Assembly (NCBI RefSeq): GCF_006345805.1
Contig: NC_043000.1
Location: forward strand, 121,830,001 to 121,894,000
Source: Octopus sinensis
Lineage: Eukaryota
DNA length: 64,000 nt
Reading direction: 5' to 3'
Below, one piece after another: positions 13,220 to 27,898 of this stretch. How positions within the stretch are numbered: position 1 is the first letter of the stretch; every line of letters begins with the position of its first letter. The position numbers were made by a program, and so were the translations under genes. The notes beneath the pieces were generated by a model. The model was not told the DNA's origin, did not search any database, and saw only the letters and a program-made list of their open reading frames with translations.

Positions 13220-13345
13220 TATTTGTGGTGTGCTGTACACACGTATATATATTATATATGCATGTATATATACATGTAGATGTAGGTACGTACATATATG
13301 TTTGTATGTATGCATATATTTTATTTATTACACTATTGTATGACT
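13220..13345. repeat. Dispersed AT-rich repeat shared (inverted) with 41480-41595
   Basis: gtggtgtgctgta...gatgtaggtacgtaca...tttatttatta matches the reverse complement of 41480-41595. Confidence 0.6.
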
Positions 13346-13412
13346 GAGCGCCCTCGCGTCGATTCGGTTCGATTCGTTTCGGTTCGTTTCCTTTCTTCTT
13401 CTTCTCTAAGCT

Positions 13413-13457
<45 letters not shown>

Positions 13458-13694
13458 AATCTCATATATATACAAAGTATGGGGGTTTATGTCAGGTGAT
13501 CTAAACGATTAGTTACTCTAGGTAAGAGCCGTAACGGATTACTAGGTCTCTAAGGTTATAGCCGAGACGGTCGTTATGGAGCCATTTCAGATTTCCAATG
13601 CAGCGGATATATGAGAGTTAAACAGGACACCAAACATTAAGGAAAGGCAAATATCTCAGATCATATACAATATTATTATAGGCAGAAATTGAAA

Positions 13695-13747
13695 ATCGTA
13701 CCGCTGGTTCTATTTCTCTGAGTATGGGATATTCCGTCATCAGAGAC
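13695..13747 (-). ncRNA. Degenerate hammerhead-like motif in a probable pseudo-LTR fragment (about 13455-13960)
   Basis: Minus strand gtct-CTGATGA-...-GAAC-cagcgg-TA-cgat; stems imperfect. Confidence 0.35.
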
Positions 13748-13994
13748 AAACAGGGGGAAAATATGGAAAATGAGAAAAGTATATGTGAATAAGGTGACAA
13801 TATAGAGGAAGCAAATAAAAGAATAAGGAGATGGACAGAGAAAAGGAAAAAAGAAACATAAAAGTTACTTAGTTCAATTTTCCGAAGTTTTAGAAGCCAG
13901 AGAATGAGTGCAATCATGCGTAGATCCATGACCGTAAGTCTGTTTGGTGCAATCCTGCGCATATACATATGGGTTAAATATAAATATATATGTG

Positions 13995-14029
<35 letters not shown>

Positions 14030-14076
14030 GTGTATGTGCGTATTCATACATACACACATACATACATGCCCATACA

Positions 14077-14820
14077 TAGAGAGTCCGATGAGTAAATTGC
14101 CTCTATATCATAAATAGGGTCAAAGAAAACCAGCAACATGATGCTATTCATTTCACCAGGAATTAAGAAACGACATGCTGTACTGCTTGTCATTCGTGCT
14201 GGAAACTCCTATACGAAAATTTCAATGTCCGTTTGTCAATCTCAGGACTTCGCAATCTGAGGACATGTACCGAGAATGATAAAAATCAATCATCGCGTCA
14301 ATATCATGATGTTTGGAGTGACCACTAGTGATTGCGACGATATGCCTCCATTCATCTTCCCACAACGCCTCACACTGAACACGGAGGCCCATATAAAGTG
14401 CCTGGCGGCGGTGATAGTTCTGCCCTGGATCAAGAGGGTGGCTGCTGGAAGACTCTTTGTCTAGCAACAGGACTCTGCACCGTGCCATACAAGCAAGGGA
14501 ACACAGTCATGGCTGTGAGACAATTTGCCCGACCACATTTCCCCTAACATTCCTTCTAACATCAAAGATGAACTGAAGGCAAAATTTTATGGCATCATTC
14601 ACCAACTTAAACAAAGAGACTATCCAGAAGAGTTGCAAGAGATTCTGAAGACGTTTGGAGTCCGTTCTTAAGCAAATGCCGAGTTTATTGAATGAATTTA
14701 CTCTTTAGTATTTCAGGATAGTTCAATGTAATTATGGTGAATATAGATGTTAAAATGAGATATCATTGTTATTTTCATTTGTGCATAATTTAGACGACAG
14801 TTTATTCTCCGCATCCTGTA
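14077..14820 (+). mobile_element. Tc1/mariner-superfamily (IS630-like, DDxD type) transposon remnant
   Basis: VNIMMFGVTTSD..MPPFIFP..LTLNTEAHIKCL..VLPWIKRVAAGR followed by QQDSAPCHTS in a broken frame. Confidence 0.8.
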
Positions 14821-16829
14821 TATGTACAAATGTATGTGTGCGTGTGCGTGTGCGTATGTTGTTTTTTTGATCTGAAAGAAAAAATTGATTAACCTAATTC
14901 CAGATTTTACATATTCGCATAAATTAACCTACTTATGCTTCTCTGATCGTCAACAAATTAATCACTTGTTTATTTTTTTCCTCGCGTTTGCCACCTGTAT
15001 AATATGTCCTACTTTACGTCGAGTTTTGTATTTCAAGATAGAATATTGTTTTTAATCTTATATTTTGGTTTATTTTCCTCTTTTGAAATTAATATGATCG
15101 ATAAGCATTTCTTCATAATACTATTTTTACTCTCAAGTTATATGATCTTTCTCAGATAATACGTATAAAGGAAATTCAGCCAGTTAATTCATTTTATAAT
15201 TAATATTTCTGACTTTATTTTCGGCTTTTTGTGAATAATTCTCACTGCTAATATTACAATGTACGTGTATACACGGGAATCTCTACAGCTGGTGGATTTT
15301 TAAGCTTACTATATCTCTGTAATGCAATAAAACCTCGCTTATAACACGAGCGAAATAAATTTCTATTGATAAGCAGGAACTAACTGTAACATTTAAATGA
15401 AGAAAAGAAAGGTTTGCGAATATATTATACCGGATAATTAGTATTACAGTATTTTATGATGAATGTGCTTCAAATTGTGTACGGCGAATATCGAAAAAAT
15501 AATTGGATTGAAAGCGATTGAAGGATGATACCGAATTTTCTAGTTGACTATAATGCTAGTCGTGGTAAACTGAGTGCGTGCATATATGTGTGTATGCATT
15601 CCAGTCCACTTCACGTATATAGGTAAATTCATTTACAATATTTTTATGGCAAGGAGAGGAAGTCAACACGATTCGAGAAAATACTTCAGCAGTCAAAAAG
15701 AGGCTGTTGTGTATGTACACGAATATTGTATATATCGATAGATACGTTAATTAAGGACTTCATTAAATTGGAAAATTCAATTTGTAGACAGCTTATTTTA
15801 CTAGAAAGTAGATCAGATAATGCAGTATTATCGTGTTTTGTGCCGTGTAAAATATACAGTAAAGTAATGTTTATGAAACAGTACACGGGGATTAGCACTC
15901 ACTGCAGTGTGTAAATAGATACTGAATAAATGTACACAATATTTTTCCCAATCCAGTTTTGTACAACAAAGGCGGTAGCCGCATAAACGATTTCCTACCT
16001 ACTTGGGACAATATTTTATACAGCGCCTGCTATTTGTCCAAAGAGAAAAGTAACAATTTATAATTGGGTGGCCTTTGTATCTATCAATAGGATTAGAAAT
16101 GTTTTTGACACTAGAATTTAATATTACATGTACTATTGATAGAGTAGTGTAGATAACAATCACACGCCTACGGCTTTGTCATAATACATCCGTCGTACCA
16201 ACAACAACTACATAAAAAAAAACAAATTCCTGGTTGGTTGGGCAATGCATATACATCTGTATAAGTAGATCCAAACACTGCTTAGTTAAATAAGCACATA
16301 AGCACTGGGTAATTGGATCCACATTTGGTCTTCGGTTTTATTCGCTCTGTTAGGAAAGCATGTACGTTGTAATATTTGGCTAATATTTCCTGAAGCCCAC
16401 GGTACTCCGCGGCAAATATCTTTACATTGTGTTTTTATATATTTCCTATACGCTACAGATATAAATCAACATTTCATAAAATGGATAAAACACAATTAGA
16501 AAATATCATTTGTCTCATATTCGTGACATATGTTTTCCGTTCTCTTTCAATATATACAATGAAACTCAACATACATTTTGGCGTCAGTGAAATGTAAAGA
16601 AAAATATTACGCAGAAAACCTGCAACAATTTTAATGAGTTCCTGCAGGCTTCACTAATATATATCTTCAGGAAAATTGCGAACTTGCGAAATACGATATG
16701 TCAGGCATTAGCATCTGGAAACAGAAATCCGTTCCTCGTCTTCAATTTTCGAATTCTGATTCGTTGTATATTTGTGCATCATACATTGCATCATTACAGA
16801 TTTTTAAACGAGTATTTCATCCCCAAATA

Positions 16830-17050
16830 TACGAAGCGGTGCTGCAAATTTCCTGACTTCAATGATATCGCGAAAAATCTGGTTTAAGGCCCAAACTTCC
16901 TAATTCTTTTACAGGGTTTAGAAAACCTGAAAGACCACTGCAATAAGTGTGTGAATCTGGGAGGGAAATATGTTGAATAAAATAATAATTAACTGGTCCT
17001 TCTATACTTTCTTTTCCCCAAAGTTCTGAACGTTTCAGGACCCCACATAT
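16830..17050 (+). mobile_element. Mariner transposase 3' end plus terminal sequence
   Basis: QGLENLKDHCNKCVNLGGKYVE-stop is a typical mariner C-terminus. Confidence 0.7.
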
Positions 17051-17681
17051 ACTTCAAAAATACATAAATGTATATTTATTTTTCTTGTCTGCCAGCATAT
17101 TTGGTGAGATGCTGCCTGAGAAATCGGTTTCTTCTCTAATCTGTACACGTGATAAAAATCAATATTTTGAAGCAGAAACACTTTAAGGCCTGTATGCTTC
17201 ATTTTGTGTTGGACGGTTATATCAGGTTTTCCCAAGTATGTTGAGTGCAAATATCGAGGGGAAGCTTAAAGAACTTCTGTTGTTCCTGATGCTATTTCCG
17301 GATGTAATACATGTAGGGTGTAATTGTACACCCTACATGAGCATCGTAATTCTGCTTTTGGATTCTCTTAATGCTGGGTACGCAAATGAAACAGACCTCC
17401 AAGTTGTGATTATTAACTGTCAGTATCTGTATGACTGTGTGAAATGTGTGCCTACCAAACTACGAATTTATGACTGTAGAAGCGAGATACTTGTGCACGT
17501 TACTTCTCAACCTTTTCCGGTTTATATGTATATACATATATATACATACATGTATATAGAGAGAAAGATGGAGAGAGAAGTAGTAATGGAGATAAACAAA
17601 ATTAGGCTCGACACATATATATATATATACATATATATATATATGCATATATATGTATGTGTATGCATATGTATATATATA

Positions 17682-17723
<42 letters not shown>

Positions 17724-17999
17724 TGGTGTATGTAGGTGTGAAACCTAATTGGGCTAATCTGCACTACTCCTTACATATCTTATCTTTCGTCTTTGATCTT
17801 TCTTATAATCACTCTTGTTACCGTGGGCCTAGTCCTGAATGGAGATTTCAGAATTGATGCTCAAATTTATTTGAGCACTACAACGCGCTTTCTATATACT
17901 GCATATCTACCTCTTACATGCTATCCGTATATGTGTGTTTGATCGCGCGCTTGTATGTGTATACATACATACATAAATACGCACATGCGTACTACCACA

Positions 18000-18605
18000 C
18001 TATGCAGCAAGTTCTAATTCCCTATATGACACGATGGTGTTGCTAAAGCAATTTAAAATGCCATCCGCAAAAAAGCCTGTCCTGAAATAAACTTAGAAAA
18101 TCCCTCTGTTATGGAATACATTCGTAAACACCAACTCAAAGAATACTGGTGGAATATTTTCATCAAAACTTCAATTAAGTTTAAATATTACAGGCCGGAT
18201 ATTGTTGTTTGGGACAGAGGGGCAACTGTATGTACCATCATAGATATCAGCTGCCCTGCAGTTATAAATATGTCTGAGAATCAAAGAAAAAGATGATATG
18301 TATGGACAACTGATTCGAAACCTCCAGCTTCTATACCCATATATCCAGATTTTGAATTCATATTCATCCCAATAATAACTGGAGAAATATGGATGAGTTA
18401 GGGATTTTCAGAAAGAGAAATCGACTGGCTGATTCTTACGTTACAAGTACAATCTGTTGAGTGGAGCAGTGAAAATAAGCAAGACTTTTCTCTAGTTCCA
18501 AACGTGAAATTGTTTATCTTAACAACATGCCAAAGATGGAGCTTTGTATCTTTGTTGGAAACCGGCTCGTTCCTCAATGTAAGATTTATGATATTTAAAA
18601 AAAAA
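18000..18605 (+). mobile_element. 3' fragment of an RLE-type (R2/R4/NeSL-like) non-LTR retrotransposon
   Basis: RHDGVAKAI ... RPDIVVWD ... IIDISCP restriction-like endonuclease motif; A-rich end. Confidence 0.8.
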
Positions 18606-18947
18606 TAGAAGGGACATACATATAGACTGTGTGTGTGTGTTATTTTTAATCAGCATATTCAATAAACATACTGAAGAGCTGAGATTTCTGTGCATGTCAG
18701 ATATAAAATTCGCCGAAAGATTTGGGAGTCGATTTTGTATGAATCGCTTTAGGACAGCTATCTGAAAAATGTTGAAGACTGAAAATTAATATATATGATG
18801 TGTTACGTGTATAATGTGTATTTTGCAAATACTTTATTCCTTGTAGCTACACGATATAATTTAAGTTTGCATAAATGCTTGTGCATGAATTTCAGTATAT
18901 ATTTATATGTGTGTATCACATATACTGACGTTCACTCGTACACACAC

Positions 18948-19022
<75 letters not shown>

Positions 19023-19031
19023 ATGTGTGTG

Positions 19032-19074
<43 letters not shown>

Positions 19075-19254
19075 GAGTATATCTATGTATGTGTATATAC
19101 GTATCTTTATGTCTATTTATATATGCTTCGATATACATATATGTAAATGCATGTATAAATGTATATGTTTGCATATATGCGTATTTGTAAGCGCATGGAT
19201 ACGTATACATGTATACAAATAAGCGCCTTTTAACATACAATAGTGTCTTAATGA

Positions 19255-19255
19255 C

Positions 19256-19287
<32 letters not shown>

Positions 19288-19450
19288 ATGTAGTAGTAGT
19301 AGATGTAGTAGTAGTAGTAGTAGTAGTAGCCGTAGTGGTAGTATAGCAGTAGTAGTAGTACTAGTAGTAGTAGTAATGATGGTGGTGATGGTGGTGGTAG
19401 TAGTAGTAGCAGCAGGAACAACAACAGCAGCAGCAACAAGAGCAACAGCA
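19255..19450. repeat. (TAG)n/(TGG)n/(CAG)n trinucleotide microsatellite
   Basis: Seen directly. Confidence 0.95.
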
Positions 19451-19659
19451 GGAGGGGATGGCGAGAGGGAGGAAGGAGGTGGGGTGGAGTAGGAGGTGAG
19501 TAGTAACTTTTGAATCTGTGGAAGGCACGCTAGATGCCGAAATATCGTTCAACCAATCTCACATGGTAACTATTGCCCTGTTCTGTTTCATTTCTCTATA
19601 ACGTCTGGAGGATTTACCTCAGTCCTATATAATCTTAACAAAAAAAAAAAAAATAAAAA

Positions 19660-20175
19660 TGAAGCAGTTCAGTTCTCAACACTTGTCCATGAGTTGTACA
19701 TATGAGTGCTTCTGTCTCTATCGTCAGGTCACTCCTCCACATCCTGTATCCGTCTTGGCGTCCACATCTCTCATCCAAACTGACCGCACATTTTTCCTTC
19801 CATGGGTTTTCATTTCTTCTTTCCTTTCTTTTTTAAATTTTTCTTTCATTCCACAATTTTCAGTTTTGATGAGGCCCGCCTTTATCCTATGTTTCAACAG
19901 TGGCTCCACGCTATTTTCCATATATCACACTAAGCTGTTTTCCTCAGCTTCAATACAGTCCTGGCAAGTGATCAGACCTCTCCCACCCTTTGTTCTCGAC
20001 AAGACCAGCTTATCGGTGTCATTCTTAGTGTGGAATGCTCCGTGTACTATCAACATCATCATGGTCTTTGTATCCATTGTCATCACTCCTCTCTTTTGCC
20101 ATTTTATAATTCCGGCTCCTTAGCGAGTTTCTGCTATCGCCCACATTCCATCTATTCAATTGTGAGTGCGACATC
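19660..20175 (-). mobile_element. R4/Dong-like LINE fragment (post-RT region)
   Basis: GAGIIKW...HGAFHTKNDTDKLVLSRTKGGRGL...IEAEENSL; adjacent to (TTA)n. Confidence 0.75.
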
Positions 20176-20186
20176 TACTTTATTAA

Positions 20187-20228
<42 letters not shown>

Positions 20229-20229
<1 letters not shown>

Positions 20230-20626
20230 GAGTGAGAGAGCATTTCATGCCATCAAAGTGACACTGGGGTAAAATATACGAAGCCCAATATACCCATCAT
20301 GACTAACCGTCTGATAAGGGTACACCAGGCACATGCATCACAACCATATGTGCGCGACATGGTGATCTCATATCAAGATAAACAGCACATAACCTTGCAG
20401 GTGGGGCCCAGTATGAATTTTCTTCAGGTTGAGCAGCCCATCCCGCTCAAAAGGTCCCTGAATAAGGGTTGTTTAAGGTTATTGAAAGAACCACCCATGT
20501 TTCCAGAGGTGAATTATTCAAACCCCAAAGAATCCCTCTCAACACATGGCTATGATGCTCCCCCACTACTTCTGCTCGTGATCAGAGATGCACATATCGT
20601 CAGCCACTAAGGGACATGCTCAACTG
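20229..20626 (+). repeat. Dispersed repeat family flanked by (TTA)n/(ATA)n; inverted copy at about 44360-44980
   Basis: Long shared sequence (gtgacac..atacgaagccca..aagggtacacc..gaattattcaa..gacatgctcaa). Confidence 0.75.
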
Positions 20627-20949
20627 ATAATAATAATAATAATAATAATAATTATTATTATTATTATTATTATTATTATCATTTTTATTATTATTATCAT
20701 TATTATTATTATTTTTATTATTATTATCATTATTATCATTATTATTATTATTATTATTATCATCATCATCTTTCAATTCTGTTTCCATTTCATGCCGAGT
20801 TATTTCCTGAAACCTAGGGCAGAGAAATGTACTTTGTACATTGAGCGGCCATTAAAATACACATACCAGATTGTTCATTGAAAAAGTCATGTGATAAAGA
20901 AAAAGTATAAGACAGAAAGAAAAAGGAAAAAATAAAAATGTAAACAAAT

Positions 20950-21350
20950 AGGCGCAGGGGTGGCTGCGTGGTAAGTAGCTTTCTTACCAACCACATGGTT
21001 CCGGATTCAGTCCCACTGCGTGGCACCTTGGGCAAATGTCTTCTACTATTGCCTCGGGCCGACCAAAGCCTTGTGAGTGGATTTGGTAGACGGAAACTGA
21101 AAGAAGCCCGTCGTATATATGTATGTGTGTGTGTGTATGTGCGTGTTTGTGTGTGCGTGTTTGTCCCCCAGCATTGCTTGACAACCGATGCTGGTGTGTT
21201 TATGTCCCCATCACTTAGCGGTTCGGCAAAAGAGACCGATAGTATAAGTACTGGGCTTACAAAGAATAAGTCCCGGGGTCGAGTTGCTCGATTAAAGGCG
21301 GTGCTCCAGCATGGCCGCAATCAAATGACTGAAACAAGTAAAAGAGTAAA
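20950..21350 (+). mobile_element. SINE family A, full length
   Basis: Complete head, core and tail. Confidence 0.88.
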
Positions 21351-21369
21351 TAAAATAAAAGGGAAAAAA

Positions 21370-22530
21370 GGAAAGAAAATTCACAGCGAACGTGCTCTTC
21401 GCAATACGTGTGACTCAACAGTTAAGACAATCTTTTGCCCTTCCTGCATTAATGGTAAGCCAGGGATTATCCTCAAATAAATTTCAGTTTATTTTTTGAT
21501 CATCTCAAGTGCTGCTACAATCACTGATATTGTGACCATCTTGAGATGCTACATTTTTTTCGATGTGCGATTAGCAAATCTTTATATTTTCTAAGCTTAT
21601 CAAATTATTTTGCCGAGATATTATGGTCACAGTGTATGCACGTACCAGGTCTTTCCTCTTTGAAGGCCGTGATTTCCACAACTTTCAATGAATCATTCTT
21701 GCCACATTGTCATGGCGTCTTTTGTATTCGCGCTGGACCAATTTCGGGTATTCGCTAACGGTGTGCCATAACGTTTCGCTCCTCTCAGCACACATTTTGC
21801 ATTCGTCGCTGCCGTTAGTGGTGTCGATTTTTGCCGTTATTATATTCGTTCGTATAGCTTGTTCCTGAGAAGCAATACCTTTTCGGTTTTCCGTCTCACT
21901 TCACCTTTACCGTTCGTTATTTCGAGCATTCTCGGCCACGTAATTCCATTTATATCGATGTTCATGTTTTTTTTTATTCTGCCTTTTCTCTTCGAATTCA
22001 ATTAATGCTTCCGCAACTCTAGGCGCCATTAGTCTTCTTTTATTTACTATGCATAGTGTATCTGTTTCAATCCCAGCAACGCGGTAGACGCGTTGTCTGC
22101 CCCGTTAATCCTCTTCCTTCATTTTTGTCGGTATTTCTTTTAGAATGGTATGTGTTCTGCATTGGGAGCACATTTCTACTTCCGTTTAAACTGTCGCTCG
22201 ACTTTTGCTCATTTCTGAAAGGGAACAGAATATTTGACTATTGGCAGAGCTCATATATTTCTTTCTTTAATGAAAGTCTTTCCATTAAGCTTGCTTCGAG
22301 CACGTTTCAAATTCGCCTCTTTAGCAATTTTCTCTCTATTTTCTCCTCCAATTATTCTATCAGGATTCAGCAATCATTATTCCTTGCATCACTCCTTATT
22401 TCGGAGTGATCCAATTATCCTGTCTTGTGGTAATTTCATACCTTCAGAAGTTTATCATCCAGCCTCCATAATATGAACTGCTGTGCATTTATTTACCCCA
22501 AACTGCATTCCAATATCTTTACTCAATACT
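21370..22530 (-). mobile_element. R4/Dong-like LINE, 5'-truncated (thumb, Cys knuckle, RHD/RLE region)
   Basis: SKLNGK..IK..ALPIVKYS, EGRGL and EYK..RHDNVARMIH readable in broken frames. Confidence 0.7.
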
Positions 22531-23174
22531 GTTACTGCGACATGGTTATCATCATCATCATCATCACCATCATCTTAATCATCATCAGTATTATTACGAT
22601 GATGATGACAATGATGATGACGATGATGACAATGATGATGATGATGATGATAGCACTAATTTTTTTTCTTAGTAGTAGATAATATGTGAGCACGTTGGAT
22701 GATAAAATATTTAAAACCATGGAAGAAGTACCTTTCTACATGGCCATTACCTAGAGTGTATTCAAACTGTGCTCTGATACAATGAACTCTATCTTTTAAT
22801 CTTTTGGTAGAGGAAGCGATCATGTAGTGTATAGTCAAGTTTATGTTGCCGATGTAATAGGATAAGGCATGCATCAAATTTCATGCTTCGTGCGTATACT
22901 TGAAACAGTTATTAAATAATCATTTTAAAATATAGTTTTATGGACCAACCAAACAATATGTTGAAAATGGATCCTGTACTGGGTGAAGTAATATTGCGAG
23001 ATATTAACAAACATTTATAGAATATCTAATAAGACGGTGTTAGAAGGAATTCTTAAAACCATTTCGGAAAGAGAAAATTAAACATAAAACCAGAATTATT
23101 ATTGGATGTTGTATTTTACTATATTGAAATATCACGAACGCACACATATACACATGTGTATGTGAATATTCATG

Positions 23175-23323
23175 AATGAATGTATATATATATATATATA
23201 TATAGTATATGTATATATATATATATATAATATATATAATATATATATAATATATATATATATATTATATAATATATATAATATATATATATATATATAA
23301 TATATATATATAATATATATATA

Positions 23324-23361
<38 letters not shown>

Positions 23362-23790
23362 ATATATATATATATAATATATATAATATATATATATATA
23401 TATATGTGTGTATATATGTATATATATATATGTATATATATATGTGTGTATATATATGTATATGTATATATGTATATATATATGTGTGTATATATATGTA
23501 TATCTATATATGTATATATATATATATATATACATACATATATATATTTATATATATGCATATATATATACATATATATATACATATATATATATACATA
23601 TTACATATATATGTATATTATATACATATATATATATACATATAATATACATATATATATATACATATATATATACATATATATATATATATACATATAT
23701 ATACATATATATATATTTATATATATATATACATATATATATACATATATATATACATATATATATATATATGTATATATATATATGCAT
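23175..23790. repeat. Long interrupted (TA)n/(TACA)n microsatellite
   Basis: Seen directly. Confidence 0.95.
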
Positions 23791-24599
23791 GTGTGTGAGC
23801 GTATGTGTGAGTATGCATATACGTATGTGTCCCTGTATGCGTTTGTATCTGCTTTATAATATATTCATAAATTTATTGAGAGTGAGAAACGGAATATCGT
23901 TTATTGAAATGTTATTACTTTTCACCTTAACTCTATGCAGTATCACAGCTGTCCGTAGTTAGGTTTAAGTTAGAGATTTTCGCTTACTAAGGATAGCTAA
24001 AACACTAAGGCTAGCTAGAAACAGAAAAAAAAACATCTAACAGAATATATCTGAATGGGCGCAAGTTTAAATATTAAATGTAAGTGGTTGGTTATTACTT
24101 CTTTCTTGCATATAACAGATCGTCAATGTAATATCTTATGTAAGTAAGCGATGGGGAGATACTTGACGAAGCTCGTGTAAGTTTGGTTTTCAGTAGATTA
24201 TGGTGAGGATTAGAAAGTCTACAAGTGTGTAGAATTACAAGATTCCGATGAAAATCTGTTACGTTCCATGTTTTTTCAATTCGGTATGAATAGTGCGAAT
24301 ATTAATTTAAATAATTTGTTGAAGACGATGAAAGAGAACAATGTTTGTGGCATCGGGAATGGTGTGGTAGAGACTCAAATATAGGGATTTATACAAAAAC
24401 CGGATATCTACATCCATATGTATTCCTTTGTAATGAAAAATGCCTTTTTCGTGAAAATGAGAGAAGGAACAGAAACGGTTTCTCGGTGTGAAATATATAT
24501 TTCTTGTGTTTTAAAGCTGTATTGAATATGCATGGCTTGTATAGAGGAAGTAATTAGTTAAAATATACAGATAACACAACATTATGTTAATTAGTATTT

Positions 24600-24672
24600 T
24601 AACAGATTAAGTCAGCACACAGATTAGGTTAACAGATTAGGTTAATAGATTATGTCAACAGATTATGTCAAC
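24600..24672. repeat. 13-bp minisatellite (aacagattaggtt-like)
   Basis: About 5 imperfect copies. Confidence 0.7.
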
Positions 24673-24744
24673 GAAACATCACTTGAATAAGGTAAAACCG
24701 ATTATGCACAATGTTTGACATTACACAGGTAGTTGTAGGTATAT

Positions 24745-24975
24745 GTTTCTTTATTACCCACAAGGGGCTAAACATAGAGGGGACAAACAAGGAAAGACAA
24801 AGGGATTAAGTCGATTATATCGACCCCAGTGCGTAACTGGTACTTAATTTATCGACCCCGAAAGGATGAAAAGCAAAGTTGACCTCGACGGAATTTGAAC
24901 TCAGAACGTAGCGGCAGCCGAAATACGGCTACGCATTTCGCCCGGCGTGCTAACGGTTCTGCCAGCTCGCCGCCA
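24745..24975 (-). mobile_element. SINE family B
   Basis: Full copy. Confidence 0.85.
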
Positions 24976-25997
24976 GGTAGTTCTAGGTATAGACAGAGCG
25001 AAGTAGTAGTTGAACTAATGAAATTCATTGAGATTCAAAATGAAGGAAGACAAGGAAAAAAAATGAACGCGGTAGAATTAATAAAAAAAGAAAATCTATT
25101 GATATTTTTATTATAACATGATTCTAATTATACTACGAAATATTCAGATTTATCTTTAGCGAAGTATTGCTATGGGCAGAAATAGATTATCGATATATTT
25201 TGTTTCGGTAATAAATTCTTGGGGAAAATAAAGCAGGAAGGTTAAGAAATTTGTAAGAAACATCTACTGGTTCGTTGAAGAAAAATCACAGAAATGACAG
25301 CATAAATACTTATTTATTGTTGATTGAACAAATGAGAAATTTGTTTAGAGGGCATATAAATGTATTCAAGGAAATCAGAGAAGAATGTTGTCATATTCAG
25401 CGTTGTGTAAATACCTATCCAGATTTTTCAAGAGACTGAGTGTTTCATTCCGAAATATTTAACTGTTTTGCGGGAACCCTAATAAGCCGTGCTGTAAGTC
25501 AGGTGGGATACATAGGTGTAAAAAGTAAGTACGAAAGTGCAAAGCATTACAAGTAAAGATATTTACAGGAGGAGTCTGACTGACGTGGGAAATCTCAACA
25601 TTTTCAGCACCTACATTTATTTCTACATTTTCTCTTTGGATTACTACTTGGACGTTCCTAAATCATTTTGTAATTCATACACAGGCTGAATAGGGATTTC
25701 TTTAGTTACTACCGTCATTTAAGACATTTTGCTTTACAAGTCCCAATATAAGATGATTGTTGACTTTTAAGAGATGTTTTCGTTTGTGTTTTCTGTCGTC
25801 ATATTTGTCTTAATATTTCATGAAACTGATACCTTTCTAGCGTTTCTCATCTGTATTTCTATTATGTTGACCTTCCTCTTACTCACGTCACAATTTTGTC
25901 TTCTTAGGAGATGTTTTCCGTTGTTTTTCTGCCATCCTTTTTGACTTAGTATTTCATGAAACTGATATACTTCTAGCATTTCCAGCCTGTATTTCTT

Positions 25998-26413
25998 ATT
26001 TCTTTATTACCCACAAGGAGCTATACCTAGAGGGGACAAACAAGGACAGACAAAGAGATAAAGTCGATTACATCGACCCCAGTGCATACCTGACACCTAT
26101 TTAATCGAACCCGGAAAGATGAAAGGCAAAATCGACCTCGGGGGAATTTGAACTTAGGACGTAGCGGCAGACGAAATACCTATTTCTTTACTACCCACAA
26201 GGGGCTAAACATAGAGAGGACAAACAAGGACAGACAAACGGATTAAGTCGATTATATCGACCTCAGTGCGTAACTGGTACTTAATTTCTCGACCCCGAAA
26301 GGATGAAAGGCAAAGTCGACCTCGGCGGAATTTGAACTCAGTACGTAACGGCAAACGAAATACGGCTACGCATTTCGCCCGTCGTGCAAACGTTTCTGCC
26401 AGCTCGCCGCCTT
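25998..26413 (-). mobile_element. SINE family B, tandem dimer of the body
   Basis: Body duplicated behind one head. Confidence 0.85.
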
Positions 26414-27342
26414 TATTTCTATTAAGCATGTATTTCTATTAAACTTGCATCTACACCTCATCGTTACTGACAGCGGTCAATTCTACACAAAGTGAATGTA
26501 GTATTTGTTTCGAAGGTGCTACATTTTCTGTAGCTGCAATTTGTTATACTCTCCATCACCTTGTATTTTCAAAGACATCTGATAAGAAGACTTCGGTCGT
26601 GTGCACTAATAGAAAATTGAAAATGAATATCGTTCATTACCAGATTTAAATCCTGCACTATGGTAGTAGTAGTAAACACCTTTGAAGATGGGGGATATAG
26701 TTATTCAATAACTATCGGAGATCAATATGTCCTTTCCGGAGCTATATTTTTCAGAATATCGTTTTAAATTATTATTTTTATTTTTTCAGTACTTCGTTTA
26801 AAATAAGTGCAAGGATTTGTGGCTGTGCGCTAAATATTTAACGAGAATCTTTGCACTTTATTATTTGTAGATGATTTTCCATGTAGTTACTATTAGAAAC
26901 TGTTCGGTTATTGATGTTATGTTTTTAGCATTCGTCCATGTTGAAAATCTATCGTCTTTACAAATCTTACACTAAATTACTTTACACAGATTGCTCCTGG
27001 CGTTGCAGAGTTGTGAATCTTGATTTAAGTACGTTATTGGTAAAATAATTTGCAGTTTGACATGTTATATATATTTTGTGCAGAGAAGAGTTTGAAGCAT
27101 TTCATGTCAGCGCATCATTTAAGAAATAAAGAATATAATATACTTTTACTGTTCTTTAGTTATGCAGTATTTCCCGTTTTATTTCTTCTCTTGTTATCGT
27201 GCCGTTTAGATGAGTTTACTATGAAGAGATATAGTCTCTCATTTTCTTTTATTCTGAATGAGCTACCCTTTCGTAGGGTAGAGAGAGGGGAATGGATTAC
27301 GATATGAGTTACACAAACACACGTATATACATATAGATATAT

Positions 27343-27398
<56 letters not shown>

Positions 27399-27832
27399 TA
27401 TATATATAAACATACATATATGTATCTATATTCCTATACATGCATGTGTGTATATGTATGCGTGTGTACGTGTGTCTATATAGTATCTTTGTGTCTGTAA
27501 ATGTCCTCCACCACCATTTAATAATCGGTGTTGGTGTGTTTCCGCCTAGGTATCTACCAGTTTAGCAAAAGACCCCAACAGAATAAGAACCAATCTATAT
27601 AATTACAAGGGGACAATTCTTCAACTACGAAGAATTCGTAGCAGTCTAATGGCGAAAACAAATAAAAGATACACATACACACATGTATAGACGAACTTAC
27701 ATATACATACATACATACACACACGTGTACAAATCTGTACGTACACATATATACATATCTAAAGATATATAATTATACATATATATGCACACACACGCAC
27801 ACACACACACACACACATGATATATATATATA

Positions 27833-27898
<66 letters not shown>

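Noticed and set aside
17238-17735. 165-aa ORF
   Set aside because: No recognisable domain; runs into (TA)n; probably decayed repeat.
23170-23962. YI/IY-, VC/CV- and poly-I/N/L ORFs here and throughout the window
   Set aside because: Translations of microsatellites, not genes.
24600-24672. CRISPR-like array (also 30934-30981 and 5024-5080)
   Set aside because: Simple tandem repeats without unique spacers, in a eukaryotic context with no cas genes.
25770-26000. ~138-bp imperfect tandem duplication
   Set aside because: Old local duplication with no functional motif seen.
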